Shown piece by piece: positions 10,568 through 20,540 of a stretch of DNA of 64,000 bases. The notes beneath the pieces were generated by a model, which saw nothing but the letters and a program-made list of their open reading frames with translations, had not been told where the DNA came from and searched no databases. Source of the DNA: an uncultured Pelagibacteraceae bacterium (lineage in GTDB: Bacteria; Pseudomonadota; Alphaproteobacteria; Pelagibacterales; Pelagibacteraceae); contig CACGNQ010000002.1 in the NCBI GenBank assembly GCA_902574525.1, positions 274-64,273 of the forward strand, read 5' to 3'. The first letter of the stretch is position 1, and each line of letters starts with the position of its first letter. Position numbers and translations under genes: made by a program.

Positions 10568-11174
10568 CTTTATACTCAAAATTTTGAGTATTTTCATTTA
10601 CTTGTAACTCGACAGCCCCATTTCTTAAGTGGAATTTTCTAGCCATATCAGTTAACGGAGAAAGAGTAACCAGTCTATTCAAATGATTAGACTTTTTTAT
10701 CATTTTATAAACCTCTTTAACTATAAGCTTTCCCCCTCCTTTTTTCTTTGACCAGACTGTATAAGCTATAGCTATTCTTCCAACCTTATTTGGATCTCTT
10801 TGAACATTCTTTAAAAATGCGTCTTTACTAAATAATTCAAGCTCCTCGACAGATTTAGGTATTTCATCTGTAAATGCAAAACACATTACTGCATAAATTT
10901 CATCTTTAAATTTAACTCCAAAAATCTTTCTACCGTAGCTAGTTCTAAAAAGGTTGTCTAATTCTGGTCTAACAGGATCTTCAGAGATATTACATTTTTC
11001 TAACTCTACAAGCTCTGCTCCTTTTACCCAATAAAAAAAGTCTTTTAAATTTTTTTTAATATCGGTTTGACTTTTTACAATTTTTGCTTTTTCAGTTACA
11101 ACAGAAAAATTTTTTTTAATATCAATTTTACTTTTTCTTAATCTGGCCTTTATTCTTGGCTTAAAGTTTTTCAT
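10557..11174 (-). CDS. Hypothetical protein, GNAT-like with malonyl-CoA decarboxylase-type motifs
   Basis: 205-aa ORF continuing the tim44-smr run; [31 protein letters not shown]. Confidence 0.6.
   Translation of the reverse strand: MKNFKPRIKARLRKSKIDIKKNFSVVTEKAKIVKSQTDIKKNLKDFFYWVKGAELVELEKCNISEDPVRPELDNLFRTSYGRKIFGVKFKDEIYAVMCFAFTDEIPKSVEELELFSKDAFLKNVQRDPNKVGRIAIAYTVWSKKKGGGKLIVKEVYKMIKKSNHLNRLVTLSPLTDMARKFHLRNGAVELQVNENTQNFEYKVIK
11047..11136. repeat. Degenerate direct repeat with 60-bp (20-codon) period inside the 10557-11174 ORF
   Basis: aaattttttttaatatcggtttgacttttt (11047-11076) versus aaattttttttaatatcaattttacttttt (11107-11136); protein [10 protein letters not shown] / [10 protein letters not shown]. 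Confidence 0.6.
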
Positions 11175-11179
11175 ATTAG

Positions 11180-11593
11180 TTAACTTTTTTTTAAATAAAT
11201 ATTAAAGCTACCTTTATTTTTAGAGTTACTTTCATCAAAATTTATAGATTTAATCTTTTTCATTAATTCTAAATTACTTTTTATAAACTCTGGCACAGAA
11301 TGTTTTAAAATTCCTAAATCAGTTGATGAATAAGGGTCATCTGAATTCTTTGATCTCAAGCCTTTGCCTGTAATAACATTTATTGATTTTACTTTTTTAT
11401 CGTAACATTCATTAACAAATTCAAATATTTTTTTGTTTGCACCATCTAATGAATAACCATGTAAATCTATCTCCATATGAATATACTTATTTAATTTTTT
11501 TTTATAAGAAATATCTTTGTCATGGATCTTATCTTTACTCTTTATAAAATTTTCCCAGTCTTTTTTATCTTTTTCAGAAATTTTTTTAATCAA
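11180..11593 (-). CDS. Smr/MutS2 C-terminal domain protein
   Basis: IDLHGYS, VITGKG, GSFNIYLK. Confidence 0.88.
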   Translation of the reverse strand: MIKKISEKDKKDWENFIKSKDKIHDKDISYKKKLNKYIHMEIDLHGYSLDGANKKIFEFVNECYDKKVKSINVITGKGLRSKNSDDPYSSTDLGILKHSVPEFIKSNLELMKKIKSINFDESNSKNKGSFNIYLKKS

Positions 11594-12177
11594 GTTTCTG
11601 TGCTAATTAACAACCAATTAGGATTATTTGAGGTTACGTCTTTTGAGAATGTCCAAGTATCAAATACTTTTTTGATTTTTTTTGGGTCTCCAGATAAAAT
11701 ATTATTATCTTTATCTTTAACGCATGAAATAATCTCGCTAACAAAACTGACTGTTACTTCTAAAAAACCTTTTTTATTTTCATGATTTTTGATTTCAGCA
11801 GTATCTATTCCTATAAATGTTGTTTCTGATACCTGCCCACTAGCATCTCTTGTTTTTATCGCTTCGTCAAATTGATCATAAACTTTTTTATCTAAAAGTG
11901 GTTTCACATTTTTTAAATTTCCTGATGAGAAACTAGTAATAATTGTTTCATATGCAATTTTTGCCCCTGAAAGAAAATCTTTTTTTGCTTTTTCATCAAA
12001 TGTTTTTTCATTTAAAGTTTTTTTTGATTTCTCTGCTGGAAAGTCATGAGCAAAACCTGCTGACATTTTGTCCTCAAAACCAGACTTTTTTCCCAGAATA
12101 CCTCTCAATCGCAGAAAAATAAAACCTGCAATCATTGCTAAAAGTATTATATCTATATACTCGAAACTATAATTCAT
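11590..12177 (-). CDS. Tim44/TimA-like adaptor protein
   Basis: N-terminal TM DIILLAMIAGFIFLRLRGILG, FLSGAKIAYE, DTWTF..NPNWLL; divergent from fxsA-secB. Confidence 0.88.
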   Translation of the reverse strand: MNYSFEYIDIILLAMIAGFIFLRLRGILGKKSGFEDKMSAGFAHDFPAEKSKKTLNEKTFDEKAKKDFLSGAKIAYETIITSFSSGNLKNVKPLLDKKVYDQFDEAIKTRDASGQVSETTFIGIDTAEIKNHENKKGFLEVTVSFVSEIISCVKDKDNNILSGDPKKIKKVFDTWTFSKDVTSNNPNWLLISTET

Positions 12178-12235
12178 AGTACAATAATATTTACTATGTT
12201 ATTTAATTTCAACAAACAATTTATTTAAAAGACAA

Positions 12236-12655
12236 ATGAACGCGTTTTTATTATTAATAATTTTAGTTCCTGCCATCGAGATTTATCTTTTTATAGAAAT
12301 TGGAGGTAAAATCGGAGCTTTCTACACAATATCGTTAATCTTTTTAACTGCATTTGTGGGTATCTATTATGCTAAATATGAGGGCTTTAATACTCTTCGA
12401 TCAGGCATGAGCCAAATGATGAGGAATGAACTGCCAATATATGAGATAGTTTCTGGTGCTGCTCTAGCGTTTGGAGCATTACTTTTAATTATTCCTGGTT
12501 TTGCTACAGATTTTATTGGATTTCTAATGATTTTTCCACCAACGAGAAAAGTTATTCTAAATAAATATTCAAAAAAATATACAAAAGAAGAAAAATTTAA
12601 AGAAGACTTTATAGAAGGCGAGTCTGAAGATATAGATAACAAGAAAAATGAGTGA
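12236..12655 (+). CDS. fxsA: FxsA family membrane protein
   Basis: PAIEIYLFI, LLIIPGFATDFIG; upstream of secB. Confidence 0.88.
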   Translation: MNAFLLLIILVPAIEIYLFIEIGGKIGAFYTISLIFLTAFVGIYYAKYEGFNTLRSGMSQMMRNELPIYEIVSGAALAFGALLLIIPGFATDFIGFLMIFPPTRKVILNKYSKKYTKEEKFKEDFIEGESEDIDNKKNE

Positions 12656-13070
12656 GAAATATAAAATACTTTCAGGTTATGTAAAAGATTTGTCAAGTGA
12701 GACACCAAATGTTGAAAGTTACTTATATACAAAAGACAATATATCAAAATATGAACTTGATATTGATATTAATTCAAAACCTTTAAAAAATAAATTAATA
12801 GAAGTAAATACAACTTTAAAGTTTCAAGATAAATCCCAAACGGAAAAAAAATCGTATTTTGAAGTAGTCTATAGTTCTATTGTTAAGATAGGTGAAGACA
12901 TTAAGGAGAAAAAAGAATTACAGAAAATAATTCTTTGTGATATTCAAAATGAAATTTTTCCGAAACTTGAAAAAGTACTTATAAATATGATTACCGACTC
13001 CGGATATCCTGGTGTCAAATTTGATAAAAAAGTAGATTTTACAAAATTGTTTAATGAAAAATTTAATTGA
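12648..13070 (+). CDS. secB: Protein export chaperone SecB (divergent)
   Basis: YVKDLSSETP (cf. YxKDLSFExP), IFP, SGYP, VDF; fxsA-secB-dnaQ synteny. Confidence 0.8.
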   Translation: MSEKYKILSGYVKDLSSETPNVESYLYTKDNISKYELDIDINSKPLKNKLIEVNTTLKFQDKSQTEKKSYFEVVYSSIVKIGEDIKEKKELQKIILCDIQNEIFPKLEKVLINMITDSGYPGVKFDKKVDFTKLFNEKFN

Positions 13071-13734
13071 AGAAATTTTTTTTAAGATTATTTTTAAGAT
13101 AATTTTTGTGTAACTTTAGCTCTTCCTCAGTTGGCTTAATAACTTTATCAAAATATTTAATTTTTTCATTTGGATGTTCAGATTCCTTAATAAGACTCCC
13201 AATTTTAAAATCTAAAGATGGCTCTTTTTGATCAGTTAAATTAATATAGACTTTTGAAAGCAACTCACAATCTATAAGCGCAGTATGCCTTTCTCTTTTT
13301 GAATTATCTATTTTATATCTTCTACACAAAGCATCGAGACTGTTTTGGGAACCTGGAAATTTTTTCCTAGCTAACTCAAGTGTATCAATAACATTATTAG
13401 TACTTATTTTATTTTTACCTAGTATTGCCAATTCATTATTTAAATGTGATAAATCAAAACTTGCGTTGTGTATTACCAATCTTTTATCTTTTATAAAGTT
13501 CAAAAATTCTTCGGCAATTTGTGAAAATTTTTTTTGTGAAGATAAAAATATATCGGTATAACCGTGCACTTTTAAGGCTTGTTCCGATACTTTTCTTTCA
13601 GGATTTAAATAACAATGAAATTTTTTTGAAGTCAAAACAAAGTTGTCTAATTCCAGACAGCCAATTTCTACTATTCTATGCCCGTCTTTAACATCTAAAC
13701 CGGTTGTTTCTGTATCAAGAATTACATCTTTCAT
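13063..13734 (-). CDS. dnaQ: DNA polymerase III epsilon subunit
   Basis: LDTETTG, HNASFD, SLDALC, HTALID. Confidence 0.95.
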   Translation of the reverse strand: MKDVILDTETTGLDVKDGHRIVEIGCLELDNFVLTSKKFHCYLNPERKVSEQALKVHGYTDIFLSSQKKFSQIAEEFLNFIKDKRLVIHNASFDLSHLNNELAILGKNKISTNNVIDTLELARKKFPGSQNSLDALCRRYKIDNSKRERHTALIDCELLSKVYINLTDQKEPSLDFKIGSLIKESEHPNEKIKYFDKVIKPTEEELKLHKNYLKNNLKKNFFN

Positions 13735-14306
13735 TTATCTAAGATTTTATATTTAAGTATTTTAACTTTATTTTTCAAATTTTCACTTTTAAAATTATTT
13801 ATAACCACATAGTCAGATTTTTTTTTCTTCATCTTTAAGGAGAGTTGGGATTTACCTATTTTTTTAAGAAGTTTTAAATCAGATTTACCTCTTTTTCTTA
13901 ATGCAGAGTTGATCTGTTTTTTTTTAGCGCTTATAAAAATTACTATATCTGACTTTTTATTTAAGTTATTTTCAAAGTATAAAGGAATATCCAGCACAAC
14001 AGCTTTTTTAAAATTATTATTTTTCAGAAATTTAAACATATTTTTTCTAACAATTGGATGAACTATTTTTGAGATAATTTTAAGATTTTTTAAATTATTT
14101 TTAACCGCATTACCTATTTCTTTTTTTTTAATTGGGAAAGAAAAAATAAATTTAGGTAGTTTTTTTTTAAGCTTTTTAAAAACGACAAGATTGTTTCCAT
14201 AAATTTTTGAAACCTCTTTGTCCGCATTAAAAACTGGAAAGCCAAATAGTTTTGCAACATATGTTTTACCAGAGCCAATTTCACCTACTACAGCAATTCT
14301 AATCAT
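13731..14306 (-). CDS. coaE: Dephospho-CoA kinase
   Basis: GEIGSGKT, FNAD, IVHPIV, LDIPLYFE; aroE-coaE-dnaQ order. Confidence 0.88.
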   Translation of the reverse strand: MIRIAVVGEIGSGKTYVAKLFGFPVFNADKEVSKIYGNNLVVFKKLKKKLPKFIFSFPIKKKEIGNAVKNNLKNLKIISKIVHPIVRKNMFKFLKNNNFKKAVVLDIPLYFENNLNKKSDIVIFISAKKKQINSALRKRGKSDLKLLKKIGKSQLSLKMKKKKSDYVVINNFKSENLKNKVKILKYKILDK

Positions 14307-15103
14307 TATTTATTAAGTAAACTTTCAACTTTTTCGTCTATTTTTGGAAAAACGTTATGCCATATTGCGAAAGCCTGGTGCGCTTGATAAATAAACATTT
14401 TCTTGCCATTCTCAACTTTATTTCCTGCTTTCTTTGCTTCCATTAAAAAATTTGTTTCTGTTGGATTATATATAACGTCATAATAAAACTTATTTTTTCC
14501 TATTCTATTGTAATTTAAATCAATTTTATCAGTCCTCTTAATACCTAAACTTGATGCATTTATTAACATATCCACATCATCTGGAATATTATCTTTATCT
14601 ATTATTTCAACAGTATTAAAAATTTTTTTTATACTTTCAGATTTTGTTAAAGTTCTATTATAAAGAAATATTTTTAAAGCTCCCATTCTTTTTAAAGCTA
14701 CTATTATTGAAGGGACTACCCCTCCTGCCCCAAATATAAAAATATTTTTTTTTTTAACGTCATATCCGTACGATCTAATAGCAAGTTCAAAACCAGCAAT
14801 ATCTGTATTATGACCGATTATTTTTCGATCCTTTAAATAAATAGTATTTACAGATTTTGTCTCTTCCGCTTCTTTTGTCAAAATATCCATGAACGATACA
14901 ACTTCATTTTTGAAAGGAACTGTTACGTTTACTCCATGCAGTTTTTCAGATCTTATCTCTGATATTATTTTTTCAATTTCGCCTTTGTTAATTAATATTT
15001 TATCATAAACTGCTTTTATTTTATTTTTTTCTATCCAATAATTATGAAGCAATGGAGACAAAGAATGTGCTATGGGGTTTCCAATAACTATGTATTTTTT
15101 CAT
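14306..15103 (-). CDS. aroE: Shikimate dehydrogenase
   Basis: GNPIAHSLSP, NVTVPFK, SVNT, GHNTD, GAGG, DVIYNP. Confidence 0.95.
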   Translation of the reverse strand: MKKYIVIGNPIAHSLSPLLHNYWIEKNKIKAVYDKILINKGEIEKIISEIRSEKLHGVNVTVPFKNEVVSFMDILTKEAEETKSVNTIYLKDRKIIGHNTDIAGFELAIRSYGYDVKKKNIFIFGAGGVVPSIIVALKRMGALKIFLYNRTLTKSESIKKIFNTVEIIDKDNIPDDVDMLINASSLGIKRTDKIDLNYNRIGKNKFYYDVIYNPTETNFLMEAKKAGNKVENGKKMFIYQAHQAFAIWHNVFPKIDEKVESLLNK

Positions 15104-15678
15104 TTGTTTAAATAATCCTTTATTTTTTTTATTGGTAGGCCCATAATTGTGTTCTCATCCCCCTCTATTTTTTCAAATAAATTTTTACCCTCTCCTTCTA
15201 TTTGATAAACATTATAAGAGTATAGTGCTTCATCTGAAATTTTAGATAAATAATTTTTAAGATCGCCATCAGACATTTTTTTCATAGTTAGTTCTGCTTT
15301 ATCTGTATAATTCCATATCATTGAGCCATTTTTTGATATACAAACTGAGCTAATTAATTCATGTTTTTTTCCATTAAGTTTTTTTAATATTTCTAGCGCT
15401 TCTTTCCTGTTTTCAGGCTTGGAAATTAATTCTCCATTTAAATCAATTACACTATCAGCTCCGAGGACTAGGTCTTGATTCATTTTTTCACTGATTTTAT
15501 TCGCTTTTAGCTCTGCTAAGCTTTTTGATATTATCTCTGGAGAAGCCCCTTCTTTAATAAGGCTAGTTTTCACTGGTTCTTCATCCACATTAGATGGTTT
15601 AACCAAACAATTAATATTGTTTTTTTTTAATATGTTTCTTCTAACTTGGCTTTTAGAAGCTAAAATAATATCAGGCAT
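15100..15678 (-). CDS. maf: Maf family nucleoside triphosphate pyrophosphatase
   Basis: IILASKSQVR, LAELKA, LGADSV, SKP, YQIEG, IMGLP. Confidence 0.9.
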   Translation of the reverse strand: MPDIILASKSQVRRNILKKNNINCLVKPSNVDEEPVKTSLIKEGASPEIISKSLAELKANKISEKMNQDLVLGADSVIDLNGELISKPENRKEALEILKKLNGKKHELISSVCISKNGSMIWNYTDKAELTMKKMSDGDLKNYLSKISDEALYSYNVYQIEGEGKNLFEKIEGDENTIMGLPIKKIKDYLNK

Positions 15679-16495
15679 TTTTATTACTTATTTCATAAAT
15701 TTTAATGACAGATGCAGCTGTCTCTTCAACAGATTTTCTACTTACATCGATAACTGGCCACTTAAACTTTATGAAAGTGCTTTTAGAACTTTCAACTTCA
15801 TCCTGTATTTTTTGAAAACTTGTATATTTTTGATTTCCCGTTTCTTTTAAACTGGACATTCTATTTTTTCTAATTTCAACAAGTCTTTTTGGTTCTGCTA
15901 TTAAACCTATTATACATTTTTTAAATTTATTTCTTTTTACATTTTCTGGTATAGAATTTTTATTTACAATTGGTATATTGGAGACTTTATAACCTTTATT
16001 AGCTAAATATATCGAAGTTGGCGTTTTGCTAGTTCTGCTAACACCAATCAATATTATGTCTGATTTTTCAATATCACCCATGGCATTTCCGTCATCGTGG
16101 TTCATTGTAAATTGAATAGCGTCAATTTTTTTATAATAATCATCATCCAATATATGTTGTCTGCTTGGAAGGTTTAATGAATTTTGATTTAATAATTTAG
16201 AAAAATTATTTATTAAATCTCCCAAAACACTAAAACATGGAATATTATTTTTTTGTGCTTCACTATTCAAAAATGTACTTAGTTTGCTATCAACAATAGT
16301 ATAAAGAATTATATTTTTTTGATTATTTTTACAATTTTCTAATATTTTAATTATTTGATTTTCAGTTCTAGTAAAAGAAAAATGGTTTGTTTTATAATTA
16401 AAATTATTAAATTGCGCTTTTAAAGCTAGAAATATCCTGTCAAGTGTTTCTCCCGTTGAGTCAGAAATTAGGTATATTTGATATATATTGCTCAT
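15671..16495 (-). CDS. Pyruvate,phosphate dikinase / PEP synthase regulatory kinase-pyrophosphorylase (PDRP, DUF299)
   Basis: ISDSTGET, HDDG, GVSRTSKTPTSIYLA, KSVEETA. Start chosen at ATG 16495 (MSNIYQIY), not the TTG at 16540, which lies in the origin region. Confidence 0.9.
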   Translation of the reverse strand: MSNIYQIYLISDSTGETLDRIFLALKAQFNNFNYKTNHFSFTRTENQIIKILENCKNNQKNIILYTIVDSKLSTFLNSEAQKNNIPCFSVLGDLINNFSKLLNQNSLNLPSRQHILDDDYYKKIDAIQFTMNHDDGNAMGDIEKSDIILIGVSRTSKTPTSIYLANKGYKVSNIPIVNKNSIPENVKRNKFKKCIIGLIAEPKRLVEIRKNRMSSLKETGNQKYTSFQKIQDEVESSKSTFIKFKWPVIDVSRKSVEETAASVIKIYEISNKNA

Positions 16496-16509
16496 GTATA
16501 ATTTGTAAA

Positions 16510-16760
16510 TTAATAGTTGATAATAAACAAATTTTTTCAAAATTAGAATATCTACATATTTTAAGGGGAAAAAACCAAGTTAATCAACAATTTTAGCCAC
16601 ATGTATAAATTTTATCAACAATATATAACTATTTTAATAATAATTAATTTAAATAGAAATTATAAATTTTTATCTTGTGGAGAAAAAACATAAAAAGTGT
16701 TGATAAAAATTTATCACCATAATTAACAAGACAAAATACTAATAATATAGTTTAAATATA
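16510..16760. other. Probable replication origin (oriC)
   Basis: DnaA-box-like 9-mers TAATCAACA (16581), TTAGCCACA (16593), TTATCAACA (16612), TGTGGAGAA (16676), TGTTGATAA (16698) flank an almost pure AT stretch (16621-16670). Located upstream of hemE as in many Alphaproteobacteria; flanking operons diverge from it. Confidence 0.8.
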
Positions 16761-16768
16761 TATTTTAT

Positions 16769-17788
16769 ATGTCCCCTCTTCAAAATGTTATCTATAAAAA
16801 GGACAAATTAACTAAACCAGTATGGTTAATGAGACAAGCAGGAAGATATTTACCTGAATTTAGAAAAATTAGAAAAAAAAATTCAGATTTTGTAAAATTA
16901 TGTTTAAATGCTCAAAAAATTAAAGAAATAACTTTACAACCAATTAAAAGATATAATTTAGACGCTGCAATAATATTTTCAGATATTCTCATGGTGCCGT
17001 ATGGATTAGATCAGTTTGTTGAATTTAAAAAAAATTTTGGTCCTAGTCTTGGTTCTATAAGTTTAGATCAAATTAAAAAATATCCTAAATTACAGTTTAA
17101 GAAAAATTTAGATTCGATCTATAAATCTATAAATTTAGTAAGGAATGATAGTTTAATTAACAAAAAAGATTTGATTGGTTTTGTAGGTGGTCCTTGGACT
17201 TTATTAATTTATATGCTTAATAAAAATTCACCTAAAAAAAAGCTAAAAAAAATTTTATCTGACAAACCTTTAATATTAGATATGATTAAACATATTAGTG
17301 TTTTTTTAGAACAGCATATTAAATATCAGATTAAAAGTGGAGTGGATATAATTCAAATATTTGACAGCTGGGCAGGATTAGTAAAAGAAAATGATCTAGA
17401 AGATTTTATTTATAACCCCACAAAAAAATTAGTAAAATTTACAAAATCAATAAACAAACCTTGTATATGTTTTCCAAGAAATATAAAAAACTATTATGAA
17501 TACACTAAAATAGTTAAACCTAACGTTATAAGCATTGATTATAATGTCAATCCAGAAAAAATTGCTAAAAAAATAAACATACCTATTCAAGGCGGTATGG
17601 ATCCTAAAGTTTTGTTAACAAATAAAAAAAATTTGGAAAAAGTAGCAAACTATTATTTAAATGTTTTTGAAAATCATCCTTATATATTCAATTTAGGACA
17701 TGGAGTACTCCCGCAAACAGACCCAAATATGGTAGAGTATTTAATTAAAATAATAAAAAAATTTAATGGAAAATCATCCAAAAATTAA
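16769..17788 (+). CDS. hemE: Uroporphyrinogen decarboxylase
   Basis: PVWLMRQAGRYLPEF, DAAIIFSDI, GFVGGPWTL, QIFDSWAG, FNLGHGV. Confidence 0.96.
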   Translation: MSPLQNVIYKKDKLTKPVWLMRQAGRYLPEFRKIRKKNSDFVKLCLNAQKIKEITLQPIKRYNLDAAIIFSDILMVPYGLDQFVEFKKNFGPSLGSISLDQIKKYPKLQFKKNLDSIYKSINLVRNDSLINKKDLIGFVGGPWTLLIYMLNKNSPKKKLKKILSDKPLILDMIKHISVFLEQHIKYQIKSGVDIIQIFDSWAGLVKENDLEDFIYNPTKKLVKFTKSINKPCICFPRNIKNYYEYTKIVKPNVISIDYNVNPEKIAKKINIPIQGGMDPKVLLTNKKNLEKVANYYLNVFENHPYIFNLGHGVLPQTDPNMVEYLIKIIKKFNGKSSKN

Positions 17789-18764
17789 CTTTGGGAAAAC
17801 CGGAGTAATGTTAGTAAATTTAGGAACACCAGATTCAACAAGTTGGTTAGATATAAGAAAATATTTAAAAGAGTTTTTATCTGACAGAAGGGTTATTGAA
17901 GTAAACCCAATAATTTGGCAGTTAATACTTAACATATTCATTTTAACATTTAGACCTTCAAAAACAGCAAAAGCTTATAAAGAAATATGGATGAAAAAAG
18001 AAAACATGTCTCCGTTAAGATATTATACTGAAAAACAAACTGCAAAATTAAAAGTGACTATGTCAAACAAAAATATAATAATTGACTACGCTATGAGGTA
18101 TGGAAACCCAAGTATAAAAAACGTAATGAAAAAACTACAGGAAAAAGGGTGTGAAAATTTAATAGTATTACCTCTTTATCCTCAATATGCGGCCGCAACT
18201 ACAGCAACAGTTTGTGATGAAGTTTATAGAACTTTAATGAAAATTAGGTGGCAACCAAGTTTACAAATTATTCCTCACTACGAGTCAGAGCCACTATATG
18301 TTGACGCACTTGTTAAAAGTATAAATAAAAAAATTTCAGAATTAAATTGGGTTCCAGATTTAATTATAGCTTCATACCACGGTATCCCTAAGAAATATTT
18401 TGAAAAAGGAGATCCCTACCATTGTTATTGTCAGAAAACTACAAGGCTAATTAATGAAAAATTTACTAAAATTCCGATAGAGACTACATTCCAATCAAGA
18501 TTCGGTCCCCAAGAATGGTTGCGGCCCTACACAGACAAAACTTTAGAAAAACTTCCTACGTTGGGTAAAAAAAATATTTTGGTTATCTGCCCAGGATTTT
18601 CTTCAGACTGCGTAGAAACACTCGAAGAAATATCTATTCAAGGAAAGGAAAGCTTTTTAAATTCAGGAGGAAAAAATTTTGATGTTGTACCATGTTTAAA
18701 TGATAGCGATGATCACATTAGGCTCCTAAAATTATTGGTTAATAGATATATAATAAATAAATGA
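17766..18764 (+). CDS. hemH: Ferrochelatase
   Basis: NLGTPD, AMRYGNP, PLYPQY, SYHGIP, FQSRFG, DCVETLEEI. Confidence 0.96.
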   Translation: MENHPKINFGKTGVMLVNLGTPDSTSWLDIRKYLKEFLSDRRVIEVNPIIWQLILNIFILTFRPSKTAKAYKEIWMKKENMSPLRYYTEKQTAKLKVTMSNKNIIIDYAMRYGNPSIKNVMKKLQEKGCENLIVLPLYPQYAAATTATVCDEVYRTLMKIRWQPSLQIIPHYESEPLYVDALVKSINKKISELNWVPDLIIASYHGIPKKYFEKGDPYHCYCQKTTRLINEKFTKIPIETTFQSRFGPQEWLRPYTDKTLEKLPTLGKKNILVICPGFSSDCVETLEEISIQGKESFLNSGGKNFDVVPCLNDSDDHIRLLKLLVNRYIINK

Positions 18765-19195
18765 ATTTTTATTTAACATTAAAGGCCTTACATTTAATAG
18801 CTGTAATATCTTGGATGGCTGGTTTGTTATATCTTCCACGTATTTTCGTGTATCATTCAGAAAAGAGTGATGAAAAAAGTGTTAGTGAGGTTTTTAAAAC
18901 GATGGAATTTAAACTTTATAACTATATTATGATGCCAGCCATGATTCTGTCATGGATTTTTGGTTTATTGCTTATAAGCAGTATTGGGTTTGATCAACTT
19001 TCTAATTACTGGCTAATTTTAAAGCTTATTTTGGTAACAATTTTAACTTTCTACCACTTTTTCTTGGGCACATGTTTGAATAAATTTAAAACAAATGAGA
19101 ATAAATTTTCATCTAAATTTTATAGAGTATTTAATGAAATACCAACATTATTATTAATATTAATCATATTTGTTGTAGTTTTTAAGCCTCTATAG
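18761..19195 (+). CDS. hemJ: Protoporphyrinogen oxidase HemJ
   Basis: KALHLIAVISWMAGLLYLPRIFVYH, NEIPT, KP C-terminus. Confidence 0.95.
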   Translation: MNFYLTLKALHLIAVISWMAGLLYLPRIFVYHSEKSDEKSVSEVFKTMEFKLYNYIMMPAMILSWIFGLLLISSIGFDQLSNYWLILKLILVTILTFYHFFLGTCLNKFKTNENKFSSKFYRVFNEIPTLLLILIIFVVVFKPL

Positions 19196-19250
19196 CTATT
19201 GAAAAATCAAATAAAGATATATATATTATTAATTAAACCTCCCTAAAAAT

Positions 19251-20522
19251 ATGAATATTGAAGAACTTAAATCAAAATCATCAGAAAACCTAATAACCCA
19301 AGCCGAAGAGCTTGGTATTGAAAATGCTAGTACTTTAAGAAAACAAGAAATTCTTTTTTCTATTTTAAAAAAATTGGCAGAAAAGGGAGAAGAAATTACA
19401 GGGGGTGGAGTTTTGCAAATGTTGCAGGATGGTTTTGGTTTTTTAAGAGCTATGGAGTCCAACTATTTACCTGGTCCGGACGATATATATATCAGTCCAA
19501 GCCAAATAAGAAGATTTGGTTTGAGAACAGGAGATACCGTCGAGGGACCTGTGAGAGCACCGAGGGACGGGGAAAGATATTTTGCTTTACTTCAAGTAAC
19601 AAAAATTAATTTAGAAGATGCCGACAAGTCTCGCCATAAAATTGCCTTTGATAACTTAACTCCGCTTTATCCAAATCAACAATTAAGTATGGAAGTTGAG
19701 AGTACAAAAATAGAAAAAAAACCAGATTTAACACCTAGATTAATTGATTTGGTAAGTCCAATTGGAAAAGGACAAAGATCATTAATTATATCTCCTCCAA
19801 AAGCAGGTAAAACAATGATTTTGCAAAGTATTGCAAATTCTATTACCGCAAATCATCCAGAATGTTATTTGATGGTCTTGTTAATTGATGAAAGACCAGA
19901 GGAAGTTACTGATATGCAGCGAACTGTTAAGGGAGAAGTAATAAGCTCTACTTTTGATGAGCCAGCTCAAAGACATGTTGCTGTTGCTGAAATGGTTATA
20001 GAGAAAGCCAAAAGATTAACCGAACATAAAAAAGACGTAGTAATACTTCTAGACTCGATAACTAGACTGGGAAGAGCTTACAACGCAGTTGTCCCAAGTT
20101 CAGGAAAGGTTTTAACAGGTGGTGTTGATGCAAACGCTTTACAAAGGCCAAAAAGATTTTTTGGAGCTGCAAGAAATATTGAAGAAGGTGGATCTTTGAC
20201 AATTATTGCGACTGCTTTAATTGATACTGGAAGTAGAATGGATGAGGTTATTTTTGAGGAATTTAAAGGTACTGGTAACAGCGAAACTATATTAGATAGA
20301 AAAATTTCAGAAAAAAGAATTTATCCTGCGATTGATATCACAAAATCTGGAACAAGACGTGAAGAACTAATATTTGATAAAGCTGATCTTCAAAAAATGA
20401 ATGTATTACGAAGAATTATTGCTCCTATGGGATCAATGGATGCAATTGAATTTATTAATTCGAAATTGAAGAATACTAAAAATAATTCAGAATTTTTCAA
20501 CTCAATGAATAAACCATCTTAA
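19251..20522 (+). CDS. rho: Transcription termination factor Rho
   Basis: [51 protein letters not shown]. Confidence 0.98.
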   Translation: MNIEELKSKSSENLITQAEELGIENASTLRKQEILFSILKKLAEKGEEITGGGVLQMLQDGFGFLRAMESNYLPGPDDIYISPSQIRRFGLRTGDTVEGPVRAPRDGERYFALLQVTKINLEDADKSRHKIAFDNLTPLYPNQQLSMEVESTKIEKKPDLTPRLIDLVSPIGKGQRSLIISPPKAGKTMILQSIANSITANHPECYLMVLLIDERPEEVTDMQRTVKGEVISSTFDEPAQRHVAVAEMVIEKAKRLTEHKKDVVILLDSITRLGRAYNAVVPSSGKVLTGGVDANALQRPKRFFGAARNIEEGGSLTIIATALIDTGSRMDEVIFEEFKGTGNSETILDRKISEKRIYPAIDITKSGTRREELIFDKADLQKMNVLRRIIAPMGSMDAIEFINSKLKNTKNNSEFFNSMNKPS

Positions 20523-20540
20523 AGACGTCTATATTTAAAT

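Noticed and set aside
16496-16540. 15-codon N-terminal extension of the PDRP gene in the ORF track
   Set aside because: TTG start within the DnaA-box region; family similarity begins after Met 16495.
16621-16670. Possible CtrA boxes in the origin
   Set aside because: The TTAA half-sites I checked in this AT core are not at the required 7-nt spacing, and TTAA is expected by chance at this AT content.
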